DNA from: Acidobacteriaceae bacterium
Lineage (GTDB): Bacteria; Acidobacteriota; Terriglobia; Terriglobales; Acidobacteriaceae
Direction: 5' to 3'
Assembly (NCBI GenBank): GCA_025352065.1
Contig: JANXUC010000011.1
Coordinates: 517-64,516 of the forward strand
DNA length: 64,000 nucleotides
Shown one piece after another: positions 39,223 to 48,721 of the stretch (within the stretch, counting starts at the first letter, position 1; each line of letters begins with the position of its first letter). The position numbers and the translations under genes are program-made. Below the pieces are notes generated by a model. The model ran no database searches. It was not told where the DNA came from and saw only the letters and a program-made list of their open reading frames with translations.

Positions 39223-41214
39223 TCAGCCTTCCAGCACCTGCCCAAGTTCTTCCCATTCGCTCATTAACTGTTCCAATTCCGCCCGCTGACTTTCCAGTTC
39301 CAGATTCGAACGCTTCGTTTCTTCGGGGCTGACGAAGTTGAGTAGGCCTGCCTCGCTGATTGCGATGCTGGCCTCGACGCGGGCGATGTCTTCTTCGATT
39401 TCGCGGTAACGTTCCTGCATCTGCTTGCGCTTGATTGGATTCAGGCGCTTCGCTTTCTCGCCAGCTTCCGAAGAACCGGCGCCTGTTCCAGAACCGTTTC
39501 CGTTACTCGTGACGGCAGCTACGGTCGCCGCGGAGTCGACTAACGCGCCGTTCGACGAGCCGCGTCCCGGTTGGCCATTCGAGGGAACGCTAGGAGAAAC
39601 CCCCGCCGCTTCCTGCTGCTTCCGCCACAAATACTCTTCGTAGTTCCCCGGATACACATGCACATGCCCATCGGCAACTTCGAACACTCGCGTCGCCAGC
39701 TTGTCGATGAAGTAACGATCATGCGACACGAACACGACCGTACCGGTGTACTTCAGCAGGGCATCGAGCAAAACATCCTTGGCGCGCATATCGAGATGGT
39801 TCGTCGGCTCGTCGAGTAATAGAAAATTCGTCGGACGCAGCAACATGCGTAGCAGCGCATACCGGTTGCGTTCGCCGCCGGAGAGTACGCCAATCGGCTT
39901 GAACACATCGTCATCGCGAAACAGAAAGCAACCCAGCAAGTTTCGCAACTCCGTTTGCGACGAAATCGGCGAGAACTGGCCGAGATCGTCCAGCACGCGC
40001 TGATCCACGTCGAGCTCTTTGTATTGATCCTGCGCAAAGTACGCTGGCTCAACGTTGTGACCCAGCTTCAACTCGCCGCGCGTCGGCGCGTCGTTGCCGG
40101 AAAGCATTCGAATCAGCGTGGACTTACCCGCTCCGTTCACGCCGACCAGCGCCACGCGGTCGCCGCGCTCGATCACTAAATCAATTTTCTTAAGAACTTC
40201 TTTCTCTCCGTAACTTTTACCCGCAGCAATCAGCTCCACCACGCTCCTGCCGCTGGGCTTCGGCTGCGGGAAGGTGAAGTGAATCGTCTTCTCCTCCGGA
40301 GGCAGTTCGATACGCTCAATCTTCTCCATCTCCTTGATTCGACTCTGCACCTGCTTCGCTTTCGTAGCCGTGTAACGAAAGCGATTGATGAAAATTTCCA
40401 ACTGCTCAATGCGATCCCGCTGATTCTTCGCCGCCGCAACCAATTGCTCGAAGCGTGCGTTCTTCTGCTCCAAATACTTGGCGTAATTCCCACTGTAGAA
40501 GTAGATCTTTTTGTTCCAAATCTCAGCAATCTGGTCCACCGTCGAATCCAAAAAGAAGCGATCATGCGAGATCAGCACGAACGCAAACGGATAGTTGTGC
40601 AAGTAATCTTCCAGCCAGTTGCGCGCTTCCAGGTCGAGATGATTCGTCGGTTCGTCCAACAACAGCAAGTTGGGTTGCTGCAGCAATAACTTAGCCAGCG
40701 CAATGCGCATCTGCCAGCCACCAGAAAATTCTTCGGTATTGCGCCCCCAATCCTCCTTGCGGAACCCCAATCCGCCTAGTACCGAACCCACTTTGGACTC
40801 GAGCGAGTACCCATCCCGCATGCGAAATTCATCCTGCAATCGATGCAGTCGGTCCGACGCCTGCCCGTACTCTGCGCCCGCCGGGTCGAGCACTGCCAAG
40901 CTGTGTGACAGATCCTCCATCTCCTGCTCCATGGCCTGCAGCCCAGCAAAAACCTTCATGCACTCGGCGAAAACGGTATCGCCGCTCAGCGAGAGGCCAT
41001 CCTGCGGCAAATAGCCCGCAGAAATGCTCTTCATGCCCTGAAAACCGCCATAATCCAGCGATTCCAAGCCCGCCAGCACGCGCAGAACAGTCGTCTTGCC
41101 AGCGCCATTCGCGCCGACCAGCCCAACACGATCACGCGGATTGATCTGCCAATCCGCGCCGTCGAACAACAGCTTGTGACCAAACCGCTTGCCTGCGCCT
41201 GTAAGTTGAATCAT
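39223..41214 (-). CDS. ABC-F family ATPase (Uup/YheS-like; two ABC domains, C-terminal coiled coil)
   Basis: Two Walker A motifs (GANGAGKT, GVNGAGKS), two signature motifs (FSGGWQMR, LSGGERNR) and no TM domain. Confidence 0.9.
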   Translation of the reverse strand: MIQLTGAGKRFGHKLLFDGADWQINPRDRVGLVGANGAGKTTVLRVLAGLESLDYGGFQGMKSISAGYLPQDGLSLSGDTVFAECMKVFAGLQAMEQEMEDLSHSLAVLDPAGAEYGQASDRLHRLQDEFRMRDGYSLESKVGSVLGGLGFRKEDWGRNTEEFSGGWQMRIALAKLLLQQPNLLLLDEPTNHLDLEARNWLEDYLHNYPFAFVLISHDRFFLDSTVDQIAEIWNKKIYFYSGNYAKYLEQKNARFEQLVAAAKNQRDRIEQLEIFINRFRYTATKAKQVQSRIKEMEKIERIELPPEEKTIHFTFPQPKPSGRSVVELIAAGKSYGEKEVLKKIDLVIERGDRVALVGVNGAGKSTLIRMLSGNDAPTRGELKLGHNVEPAYFAQDQYKELDVDQRVLDDLGQFSPISSQTELRNLLGCFLFRDDDVFKPIGVLSGGERNRYALLRMLLRPTNFLLLDEPTNHLDMRAKDVLLDALLKYTGTVVFVSHDRYFIDKLATRVFEVADGHVHVYPGNYEEYLWRKQQEAAGVSPSVPSNGQPGRGSSNGALVDSAATVAAVTSNGNGSGTGAGSSEAGEKAKRLNPIKRKQMQERYREIEEDIARVEASIAISEAGLLNFVSPEETKRSNLELESQRAELEQLMSEWEELGQVLEG

Positions 41215-41300
41215 CTTTAGTAAAATCAGGAAAAGAACCGCTCTATCTAGAATGCAATGGCGGGAGCGTTAAGTACAGTGAATCCTAAACGCAATAGAAT

Positions 41301-41313
41301 GTGCAAGTTGCAC
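41301..41313. promoter_or_regulatory. Palindrome GTGCAA-G-TTGCAC in a divergent intergenic region
   Basis: A perfect 13-nt palindrome plus a third GTGCAAG half site at 41322-41328, between the ABC-F and TonB-receptor genes. It is a possible operator; the regulator is unknown. Confidence 0.3.
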
Positions 41314-41489
41314 TGCCTACGGTGCAAGGCGTCGAAGCCAGCGGGAAAAATTCACCCAATTTTCAAACTCCAGCAATGCTGAATTCAACCGGGGCACCTA
41401 TCGTTGAAGATCGCTCTGCAGGGTCGGCTGATCAGTACGGTGAGGCGACCTAGTAAAATTAAGACTCCGGTTCAACCGGTGGGGACTTC

Positions 41490-43877
41490 ATGATCGCTTC
41501 GTCGGTGCCAAACACTCCATTTCGAACTCGCCACGTCATCTTGGCAGTTGTTGCCGCAATCGCGCTTCTGGCCGGAACCTGCTACGCAGGGGTGGGTAGC
41601 GTTCACGGCGCGGTCAAAGATCCAACCGGCGCGGTCATTCCTCGCGCCATCGTCCGGCTGGGGAGCCCGCTCTCGGGATACTCCGTGACCACGGTTGCCG
41701 ACGAGCAGGGGCGGTACGCTTTTAACAGCGTCCCTTTTGCGCAGTTCACGCTCACAGCGGAGGCCAAAGGTTTCCAACCCGCGAGCAGGACCGAGCATCT
41801 TCGTTCGAACGTACCGCTGGTGTTGAACCTGCAACTGGAAGTGTCGCGATCGAAAGAGTCGCTGACGGTTACGGAGCGTGCGCCGCTGCTGGAGACTTCC
41901 TCCACTACTACGCACCACGATATTGAAGAGGAAGAGGTTGCGCGCACTCCCAGCACGCGTCCGCAGCTTGCGATGTCGAGCCTGCTGGAGTCTGTCCCCG
42001 GCGTGGTGCCGGAAGAAAATGGACGTCTGCATGTGCGCGGTTCTGAAGGGCAAGTCCAGTACGTAGTGGACGGCGTGCCGATTTTAGAGAATATGTCAGG
42101 CGTATTTTCCACGGCGCTGGACGAAGATGATTTGCACTCGTCCGATATCGTCACGGGAAATTTGCCCGCGGAATTTGCCGGGCGCACTTCGGCGGTGGTG
42201 TCGGTGGATACGAAGTCGGGCCTGAACGCGCCGTGGAATGGGTCGCTCTCGCTGTTTGGAGGTTCGTTCGACAGCGGCGGCGCGAATCTTGAAGCCAGCG
42301 GCAATCTGCACAAGAAGGTTGGCGTATTTCTAAGCACGCAGACGAACCGTACTCGTCGCTATCTCGATCCGCCGGAGATTCAGAGTCTGCACAATGAAGG
42401 CGGTGCCGCACAGCTCTTTATGCGCTTCGACTTTGCCGCCTCCGAGCATGACACGCTGCACCTGAATCTTTCCACGAACGGTACAGATTTCCAGGTCGCG
42501 AATACGCACGATCAGCAGGATGCAGGACAGAAGCAGCGCCAGGAACTTCGCGACGATTCGCAGTCTCTGAGTTGGACACATTTGTTCAACAACTCGACAG
42601 TGGGTGAAGTGCTGATGTTTCGCCGCGCCAACACAGGGCGTTTGCTCGACCCGAACTTTACCGGAACTCCGTATTTTGTGGGCCTGCATCGTCGCACCGA
42701 GACCGAAGGCTTGCACGCAAATCTAAGTCACGAGTGGGGAAGGCATTCGTTGAAGTTCGGTGTGCAATCGCACAGAGTTGGTCTGTATGAGAACTTTGAG
42801 CTGGCTGCCACTGATCCGGCGATCCTGAACGATCCCACGAACCCTGCCTCGCAATTTCCGCTCGACAATCCGTTCCGCTTTCAAGGGAAGCGCAACGGCT
42901 ACGACGTAGGCAGCTTTGCACAGGATCGAATTCGTATACGCCATTTCACACTGGATCTCGGGTTGCGCCTGGATAAGTACAGCCTGCTGGCCAAGAATTC
43001 CGCTGCTAGCCCGCGCGTAGGTCTCGCGTATTACTTTGAGAAGACGGGAACCGTGGTGCGTGCTTCCTACAATCGAATGTTCCAGACTCCGCCGATTGAG
43101 AATTTATTGCTGGCGTCGGCGCCGGAAGCCTCCGTATTCCTGCCCGCTGGCACTCGCTTCGGTCCGGTTCCGCCGGAGTGGCAAAACATTTATGAAGTCG
43201 GCTTCCAGCAGCAGATCACAAAACACGTTCGCTTGGACGTGACGCGTTACGTGAAGAACGCCCGGAACTTCTCGGATGACGAGCAATTCCTGGAAACGGG
43301 TATTGTTTTTCCGCTGACCATCGCACGCGGAGACGTGCGCGGCTTGGAAGCTCGCTTGGATGTTCGCGCTTATCATGGGCTCGGCGGCTATTTCAGCTAC
43401 GCCAACTCCAAGGCGCTCGGAACGACTCCGGTCACGGGCGGGTTGCCGATTGGTTCCGGCAATCAGTTGATTCCGAATTTGAAATTTACGGGCGATCAGG
43501 ACGAACGCAACGAAGGGCAGTTCGGAATCACCTATGCGCGCAAGTCGGGGTTGTGGGGAGCCTTCAACGCGCGCTACGACAGCGGCGTTCCTTCCGAAGT
43601 TGATCCCAGCGATGCTGCTAGCGGCGAAATTGATCCCCGCATCGCGCGCGAACTCGATTTCAATCGCGGACGTATCAAGCCGCGCGCCTTGTTCAATATG
43701 GCTGCTGGATACCAGCTCATGCGGGAATCCGCGCACCCGATTTCGCTGCAGCTTAGCGTGAATAACGTAACGGACCGCTTATATCTGTACAACTTCCGCA
43801 GTATTTTTTCCGGCACGCACGTCGGACGTCCGCGTGAAATTACAGGTCGCATCACGTTTCACTTTCACCAACGGTAG
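41490..43877 (+). CDS. TonB-dependent outer-membrane receptor with carboxypeptidase-regulatory-like N-domain
   Basis: Signal peptide, then a CarboxypepD_reg-like segment (GAVKDPTGAVIPRAIVRL..GRYAFNSVPFAQFTL), a plug (HVRGSEGQVQYVVDGVP) and a beta-barrel ending in an aromatic-rich terminus. Confidence 0.88.
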   Translation: MIASSVPNTPFRTRHVILAVVAAIALLAGTCYAGVGSVHGAVKDPTGAVIPRAIVRLGSPLSGYSVTTVADEQGRYAFNSVPFAQFTLTAEAKGFQPASRTEHLRSNVPLVLNLQLEVSRSKESLTVTERAPLLETSSTTTHHDIEEEEVARTPSTRPQLAMSSLLESVPGVVPEENGRLHVRGSEGQVQYVVDGVPILENMSGVFSTALDEDDLHSSDIVTGNLPAEFAGRTSAVVSVDTKSGLNAPWNGSLSLFGGSFDSGGANLEASGNLHKKVGVFLSTQTNRTRRYLDPPEIQSLHNEGGAAQLFMRFDFAASEHDTLHLNLSTNGTDFQVANTHDQQDAGQKQRQELRDDSQSLSWTHLFNNSTVGEVLMFRRANTGRLLDPNFTGTPYFVGLHRRTETEGLHANLSHEWGRHSLKFGVQSHRVGLYENFELAATDPAILNDPTNPASQFPLDNPFRFQGKRNGYDVGSFAQDRIRIRHFTLDLGLRLDKYSLLAKNSAASPRVGLAYYFEKTGTVVRASYNRMFQTPPIENLLLASAPEASVFLPAGTRFGPVPPEWQNIYEVGFQQQITKHVRLDVTRYVKNARNFSDDEQFLETGIVFPLTIARGDVRGLEARLDVRAYHGLGGYFSYANSKALGTTPVTGGLPIGSGNQLIPNLKFTGDQDERNEGQFGITYARKSGLWGAFNARYDSGVPSEVDPSDAASGEIDPRIARELDFNRGRIKPRALFNMAAGYQLMRESAHPISLQLSVNNVTDRLYLYNFRSIFSGTHVGRPREITGRITFHFHQR

Positions 43878-43919
43878 TGGCTGATCGCTGGTTCGTTCGG
43901 CGCACACTATACTGGCTAC

Positions 43920-45848
43920 ATGCCTCTCGCAACCGAAACGGATATCCAGACGGCGTTGCGCCGTTACTGGGGATATGATTCATTTCGTCCGTTGCAGGAA
44001 AAGATTGTGCAGAGTTTGCTCGACCGTCGCGACACCTGTGTGATCATGCCTACGGGGGGCGGCAAGTCTTTGTGCTACCAGCTTCCCGCCGCGATGTCGG
44101 ACGGGCAGACTGTGATCGTAATTTCTCCGCTGATTGCGTTGATGCAGGACCAGGTTGCGCAACTCACGCAGATGGGAATCTCCGCTGCCTCGTTGAATAC
44201 ATCGATTACCTCCAGCGAGCAGTCGGTCGTAATGCGCAAGACTCGGGAAGGCGCGTATCGACTTCTGTATCTTTCGCCGGAACGTCTCGCTCGATCGGAC
44301 ACGATCAGCTGGCTGCAGTCTGTTCCAATTTCACTGTTTGCAATTGACGAGGCGCATTGCATTTCCGAGTGGGGGCACGAATTCCGTCCTGAATACCGTC
44401 AGTTGAGTTCGTTGCGGCAGCATTTTCCGAATGCGCCGATAGCGGCGTTTACGGCCAGCGCTACGCAGCGCGTGCGACACGATATTCTGGACCAGCTGCG
44501 TCTACGGAATCCGCACAAATACATTGCAAGCTTTCATCGGTCGAATCTGCGTTACGTGATGAAAGAGTGTCCGAACCCGGCGGCTCAGTGGGCCCTACTG
44601 CTGCGGGCTTTGGGGCAATACGTGGATAGCAACGTGATCATTTACTCGCCCACCATTGCCAAGGTGGAAGAGACGGTGGATTTTCTGGAAGAGCAGGGAA
44701 TTCCCGCGATTCCGTATCACGGCAAGATGGATACGGACTCGCGCCGCCGCAACCAGGAGCGCTGGATGGCGGACGATGTGCGCGTGCTGGTGGGAACCAT
44801 TGCGTTTGGGCTCGGCATCAACAAAGCTGCCGTGCGCGCAGTGATTCATCTTTCATTGCCGAAATCGATCGAGCAGTATTACCAGGAAGCGGGACGCGCC
44901 GGACGCGATGGCGATCCCGCTGACTGCGTGATGCTGTGGCAGAAGCGCGATGCTGCGTTGCTGGCGTATTTTATTGGCCAAGTGGAAGACGAAGCAGAAA
45001 AGGAGCGCGGCTGGCAACGCTATCACGAGATTCGAGACTTTGCGGAATCGAAACGCTGCCGCCATCGTCAGGTTTGTATGCATTTTGGGGAAATTCCCAA
45101 ATGGACTACCTGCGATGCCTGCGACGTTTGCGGCTATCTTCCAGCGTGGTTGACCAAGGCCGCGGAGGCGGAGCGCTTTGAACGTGGGAAGTCTTCCACG
45201 GCTTCTGCGAGTTCTTCTGCAAAGAACGTACGCCGCGAAGCGAGCGATGCGAATTTCTATCCAGCCAATGCCAAGATTTCGAATCTTGCTCCGGTCGATC
45301 CCAGCTTGCGTGAATTCCTGCGCCAGTTGCGCAGCACGATTGCGAAAGAAAAGAAGACAGCAGCCTTCATCGTTATGCATGACACGACGCTCGACGAGTT
45401 GTGCCGCATTCGTCCAACTTCCATGGCGGAGTTGCTGAGCGTATCCGGCATTGGCGAACGCAAGGCGGAGATGTATGGCCAACAGATATTGGATGCGCTG
45501 GCGGAATATGACCGAGGCGTTCGAGCGGCGGCTGCTCCCGCGAAGAAGTCGAAGCCCGGCGAAGAGACTCTGCAACTGATGCGCGAAGGAAAGACGTTCG
45601 ACGAAATCGCAGTGATTCGTGGACGCCAGCGCAGCACGGTTGTGTCCCTGATCGCGAATCTGATTGAACAGGGGGAAGTGGAATTTGAGGAAGAATGGGT
45701 CGATGCGGAAAGGCGTGCGAAGATTGAAGCGGTCTGCGCCGATCTAGGATTGGAACGCCTCGGTCCGCTCAAGGCCGCACTCCCACCCGAAATTACGTAT
45801 GAGGATATTCATCTGGTGGTGGGGAAGCTGAGGAGGGAGAAGCGGTAG
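43920..45848 (+). CDS. recQ: ATP-dependent DNA helicase RecQ (with HRDC and extra C-terminal HTH-like domain)
   Basis: Motifs PTGGGKSLCYQLPA, DEAHCISEWGHEFRPEY and the RecQ Zn-binding Cys cluster (CRHRQV..CDACDVC). The HRDC region reads LDELCRIRPTSMAELLSVSGIG. Confidence 0.92.
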   Translation: MPLATETDIQTALRRYWGYDSFRPLQEKIVQSLLDRRDTCVIMPTGGGKSLCYQLPAAMSDGQTVIVISPLIALMQDQVAQLTQMGISAASLNTSITSSEQSVVMRKTREGAYRLLYLSPERLARSDTISWLQSVPISLFAIDEAHCISEWGHEFRPEYRQLSSLRQHFPNAPIAAFTASATQRVRHDILDQLRLRNPHKYIASFHRSNLRYVMKECPNPAAQWALLLRALGQYVDSNVIIYSPTIAKVEETVDFLEEQGIPAIPYHGKMDTDSRRRNQERWMADDVRVLVGTIAFGLGINKAAVRAVIHLSLPKSIEQYYQEAGRAGRDGDPADCVMLWQKRDAALLAYFIGQVEDEAEKERGWQRYHEIRDFAESKRCRHRQVCMHFGEIPKWTTCDACDVCGYLPAWLTKAAEAERFERGKSSTASASSSAKNVRREASDANFYPANAKISNLAPVDPSLREFLRQLRSTIAKEKKTAAFIVMHDTTLDELCRIRPTSMAELLSVSGIGERKAEMYGQQILDALAEYDRGVRAAAAPAKKSKPGEETLQLMREGKTFDEIAVIRGRQRSTVVSLIANLIEQGEVEFEEEWVDAERRAKIEAVCADLGLERLGPLKAALPPEITYEDIHLVVGKLRREKR

Positions 45849-45962
45849 GAATTACGTTTGTCGTTGCACTTGCGCTCTCACATGGTCTTGCGTCTCTTGA
45901 ACGCAGCCCCATCGCCAGCATCAAGGGAAGGAAATTCCTAGGGAGAGAGGTCGAGCAGGAAT

Positions 45963-46039
<77 letters not shown>

Positions 46040-46160
46040 ACAGTGCGTAGGACTACCCACTGATTATAAACGACGCAACGTTTTCGCTCGCGGCGACCAC
46101 TTCTCGCCACCCTTCCTGCCGTCGGTCTCGTCCATTCCGGCGCTATAATTTCAGGTGTCC

Positions 46161-46694
46161 ATGCCGCGACGCTATGCACTTGTGGCTTACGTTACAAGCC
46201 CAGTTGGCCAATTCGTGGAAGCGCTCCGCCGCGAGGTTCATCCCGCCTTGCCGCACTCCGCCGCCCATTTGTCGATTCTTCCGCCTCGCCGCCTGCGCGG
46301 GACCGAAGTCGAGGCGCTGGAGACTCTGCGCACTCTTTGCGGTCAAGCTCTACCGTTTGATGTTGTTCTCGACGATGTGGCCACGTTTCTTCCCGTTACC
46401 ACCACGGTGTACGTCCGCGTGCTCGAAGGTGCCCAGAGTATGTGTTCTCTTCATGGAACGCTTGCTACCGGAGCGCTAGAATTCCAGGAAGAGTGGCGTT
46501 ACACCCCGCACCTCACCATCGTCAAAATGGAAACTCCAGAGGCGGCGGAGTCGGCCTTGGCCCTCGCGCGATCCCTCTGGATGGGTTACGAAGGTCCAAG
46601 ACGTGTGCAGGTTACCGAGCTCACGTTCGTGCGCGAAGAGGACGACGGCACCTGGCGCGATCTGGGCCGTGTTTCTCTAGGCGCACAGCGTTAA
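46161..46694 (+). CDS. 2H phosphoesterase (LigT/2'-5' RNA ligase-like) family protein
   Basis: Two HxT/S motifs are present (HLSIL and HLTIV). The track ORF begins at a GTG at 46155. TATAAT at 46144-46149 lies only about 6-12 nt upstream of the candidate starts. Confidence 0.7.
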   Translation: MPRRYALVAYVTSPVGQFVEALRREVHPALPHSAAHLSILPPRRLRGTEVEALETLRTLCGQALPFDVVLDDVATFLPVTTTVYVRVLEGAQSMCSLHGTLATGALEFQEEWRYTPHLTIVKMETPEAAESALALARSLWMGYEGPRRVQVTELTFVREEDDGTWRDLGRVSLGAQR

Positions 46695-46884
46695 CGACCA
46701 TCGCCGGAGCCTGAAACAGGCATGAATACAGGGTTTTCCGCGTAGCCTTTCCCGCCCTCCACGCTGCCCCGCACCAAAGGTCATGAACGTCTTCCATGTT
46801 GCGTAGCGTCGTCTTTCGTCGCTAGATAGAAGGTGGGCGTACCTCATCTAGCTCCGGGCGCTCGTATCGGGAGGTAAGGTCAAC

Positions 46885-48189
46885 ATGCAGATTGGCGTTT
46901 ATGGATCGGGTTATTTGGGCACTGTCGTCTCCGCTTGCCTGGCGGATTTCGGTTCGCCCGTCATCTGCTGCCATGAAGACAGTTCGCACATGGTCGCCAT
47001 GGCCCAGGGCAAAGTCCCGTTCCATGAAAAGAATCTTGCTGACATGATTCGGCGGAATGTGCGTTCCGGGCGCCTCTCGTATTCGACGGACGTCGATGCG
47101 TTTGCCAAGAAAGCCCAAATTCTTTTTCTAGCGGAAGATTCCAGCCAGCATATTGCAAGTCTCTGCCGCAGGATTGTAAGTGCGAGCAGCAAGCCTCCAA
47201 TCCTTATCCTCCTGACGCCGGGAGCAGTAGGCACGGGCGCGAAACTCGAAGCCACACTCAAAGAAAACAATCTTAAAGCGACTTTGGTTACGCAGCCCAT
47301 GTTCTTTACAGCAGGCTGCGCCGTTGAAGATTTCAACTGGCCTGACCGCATCGTGCTGGGAACCAATTCTTCGGAAGCTGTGCTAGCTTTGAAACAGGTG
47401 TACAACCCGCTGGTGATGCGGGGAGTTCCCGTGATCGTAACCAATCACGAGACGGCAGAATTATTGCGTGTAGCAACCACTGCATTTCTGGCCACCAAGA
47501 TTTCTTTCATCAACGAAATTGCGAACTTGTGCGAGAGCGTGAATGCGGACGCCGTCAATCTGTCGCTGGCACTAGGACTGGACAAAAAGATCGCTCCACG
47601 CTGTTTGCAGCCAGGAGCCGGGATGGGCGGACTCTTCGCCGAATCCGATATGGATTCACTAGCACAGCTCGCGGGCGAAAATGGAATCACGATGAAAGTC
47701 CTGGGCGCGGCTCGCGCTGTGAATCACGATCTGACCAGCCGCGTGATCGAGAAAATTTCCGCTGCCATGCAATCGATCGAAGGCAAGCACGTTGGTATCC
47801 TCGGGCTGGCCTTCAAGCCCAACACCAACGACATTGAAGGTTCCTCGGCTGTGCGCCTGGTGGAAACTCTCGTGGCGCAGGGAGCGAAAGTTCGAGCCTA
47901 CGATCCGGTCGCCATTCCAAATGCGAGAATGAGACTGAACGGCCAGGTGCAGTATTGCGATTCCGCCTATGCCGCCGCCGAAGGCATGGATGCGCTGGTT
48001 GTCGGTACCGGCTGGCCTGAGTTTCGGGCGTTGGATTTCGACCGCATCAAGCATCTGCTCAAGCGGCCCGTGATTGTCGATACCAAGAATCTTCTGGACG
48101 CCGGACGCCTTCGCGCCATGGGCTTCGAGTATGTCGGCGTGGGCCGCAGGGACGCGGTTTCCTTAACCCGCGCTGCAGGAGTGCTGTAG
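46885..48189 (+). CDS. UDP-glucose/GDP-mannose dehydrogenase family protein lacking the catalytic Cys motif
   Basis: N-terminal Rossmann GSGYLG, the central helix ATKISFINEIANLCE and the C-terminal UDP-binding domain are present. The conserved GGxCxPKD is replaced by GGLFAESD. Confidence 0.8.
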   Translation: MQIGVYGSGYLGTVVSACLADFGSPVICCHEDSSHMVAMAQGKVPFHEKNLADMIRRNVRSGRLSYSTDVDAFAKKAQILFLAEDSSQHIASLCRRIVSASSKPPILILLTPGAVGTGAKLEATLKENNLKATLVTQPMFFTAGCAVEDFNWPDRIVLGTNSSEAVLALKQVYNPLVMRGVPVIVTNHETAELLRVATTAFLATKISFINEIANLCESVNADAVNLSLALGLDKKIAPRCLQPGAGMGGLFAESDMDSLAQLAGENGITMKVLGAARAVNHDLTSRVIEKISAAMQSIEGKHVGILGLAFKPNTNDIEGSSAVRLVETLVAQGAKVRAYDPVAIPNARMRLNGQVQYCDSAYAAAEGMDALVVGTGWPEFRALDFDRIKHLLKRPVIVDTKNLLDAGRLRAMGFEYVGVGRRDAVSLTRAAGVL

Positions 48190-48275
48190 ATACTGCAGCG
48201 CTGTAGATTTTGTAGCGCTGGCGTCCTCGCCGGCAGTCCCGAGGGCGTCCCGCCTTCGATTGATATTCCCGCTGC

Positions 48276-48281
48276 TATAAT
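48276..48281 (+). promoter_or_regulatory. Candidate -10 box (TATAAT) for tRNA-His
   Basis: A perfect TATAAT lies 10 nt upstream of the tRNA 5' end. No good -35 element is present. Confidence 0.4.
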
Positions 48282-48291
48282 AAAAGCCTGC

Positions 48292-48368
48292 GGTGGGAGT
48301 AGCTCAATCGGTAGAGCTCCGGTCTGTGGCACCGGCTGTTGCGGGTTCAAGTCCCGTCTCCCACCCCA
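48292..48368 (+). tRNA. tRNA-His (anticodon GTG) with encoded G-1 and CCA
   Basis: G-1 (48292) lies opposite discriminator C. The acceptor is GTGGGAG/CTCCCAC, the anticodon stem is CCGGT/ACCGG with loop CTGTGGC, and the T-loop is TTCAAGT. Confidence 0.9.
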
Positions 48369-48402
48369 AAAATCTCATGCAACGCGGGCACTCCTGCCCG
48401 CG

Positions 48403-48631
48403 AAAAGCCAAATAAGCGATAAATTGTGACCATCTCGCCCGCAAGAAGAGATATTTCAGCAGGCGGCGATTTGGGGATGTTCAGCTTCTTCTTGTTCTTC
48501 GACTTTCTCGCAATCTTGTGTGGCTTAGCATGGGCGTAAATGGCAATGCGCTTTTTGATCGCACGGAGGTGTTTCGCTGCCCTGACGAGTTTAACTTTCG
48601 CAGATTTTAGCCCACGGACCATTGGCTTCAA
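48403..48631 (-). pseudogene. N-terminal fragment of an unknown gene abutting tRNA-His
   Basis: The track ORF 48347-48631 runs into the tRNA gene. Only the first 65 aa or so (..KVKLVRAAKHLRAIKKRIAIYAHAKPHKI..PPAEISLLAGE..) look protein-like. The segment is AT-rich. Confidence 0.3.
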
Positions 48632-48721
48632 CCATATCGCCAGTACGTGATCTCAAGGGGCAATTCTCTTGTGGACAGAAGGCTGGTGACAGGTTCCTAA
48701 AGGCTGAAAGAGTCACCTCAA

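Noticed and set aside
41215-41489. The leader of the TonB-dependent receptor gene checked for a cobalamin or other riboswitch.
   Set aside because: No B12 box or other riboswitch core that I can recognise is present. Only the short GTGCAAG palindrome is visible (listed as a low-confidence regulatory site).
41603-42337. A 244-aa ORF antisense to the TonB-dependent receptor gene.
   Set aside because: The sense strand encodes the receptor's plug domain. The antisense product is a Ser/Thr/Arg-rich artefact.
44853-45575. A 240-aa ORF antisense to recQ.
   Set aside because: The sense strand encodes the RecQ Zn-binding and HRDC regions, so this is an artefact.
46144-46161. A perfect TATAAT only 6-12 nt upstream of the 2H-phosphoesterase start codons, suggesting a leaderless mRNA.
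   Set aside because: There is no matching -35 element and the start codon is ambiguous (GTG 46155 or ATG 46161). This is plausible but unsupported without TSS data.
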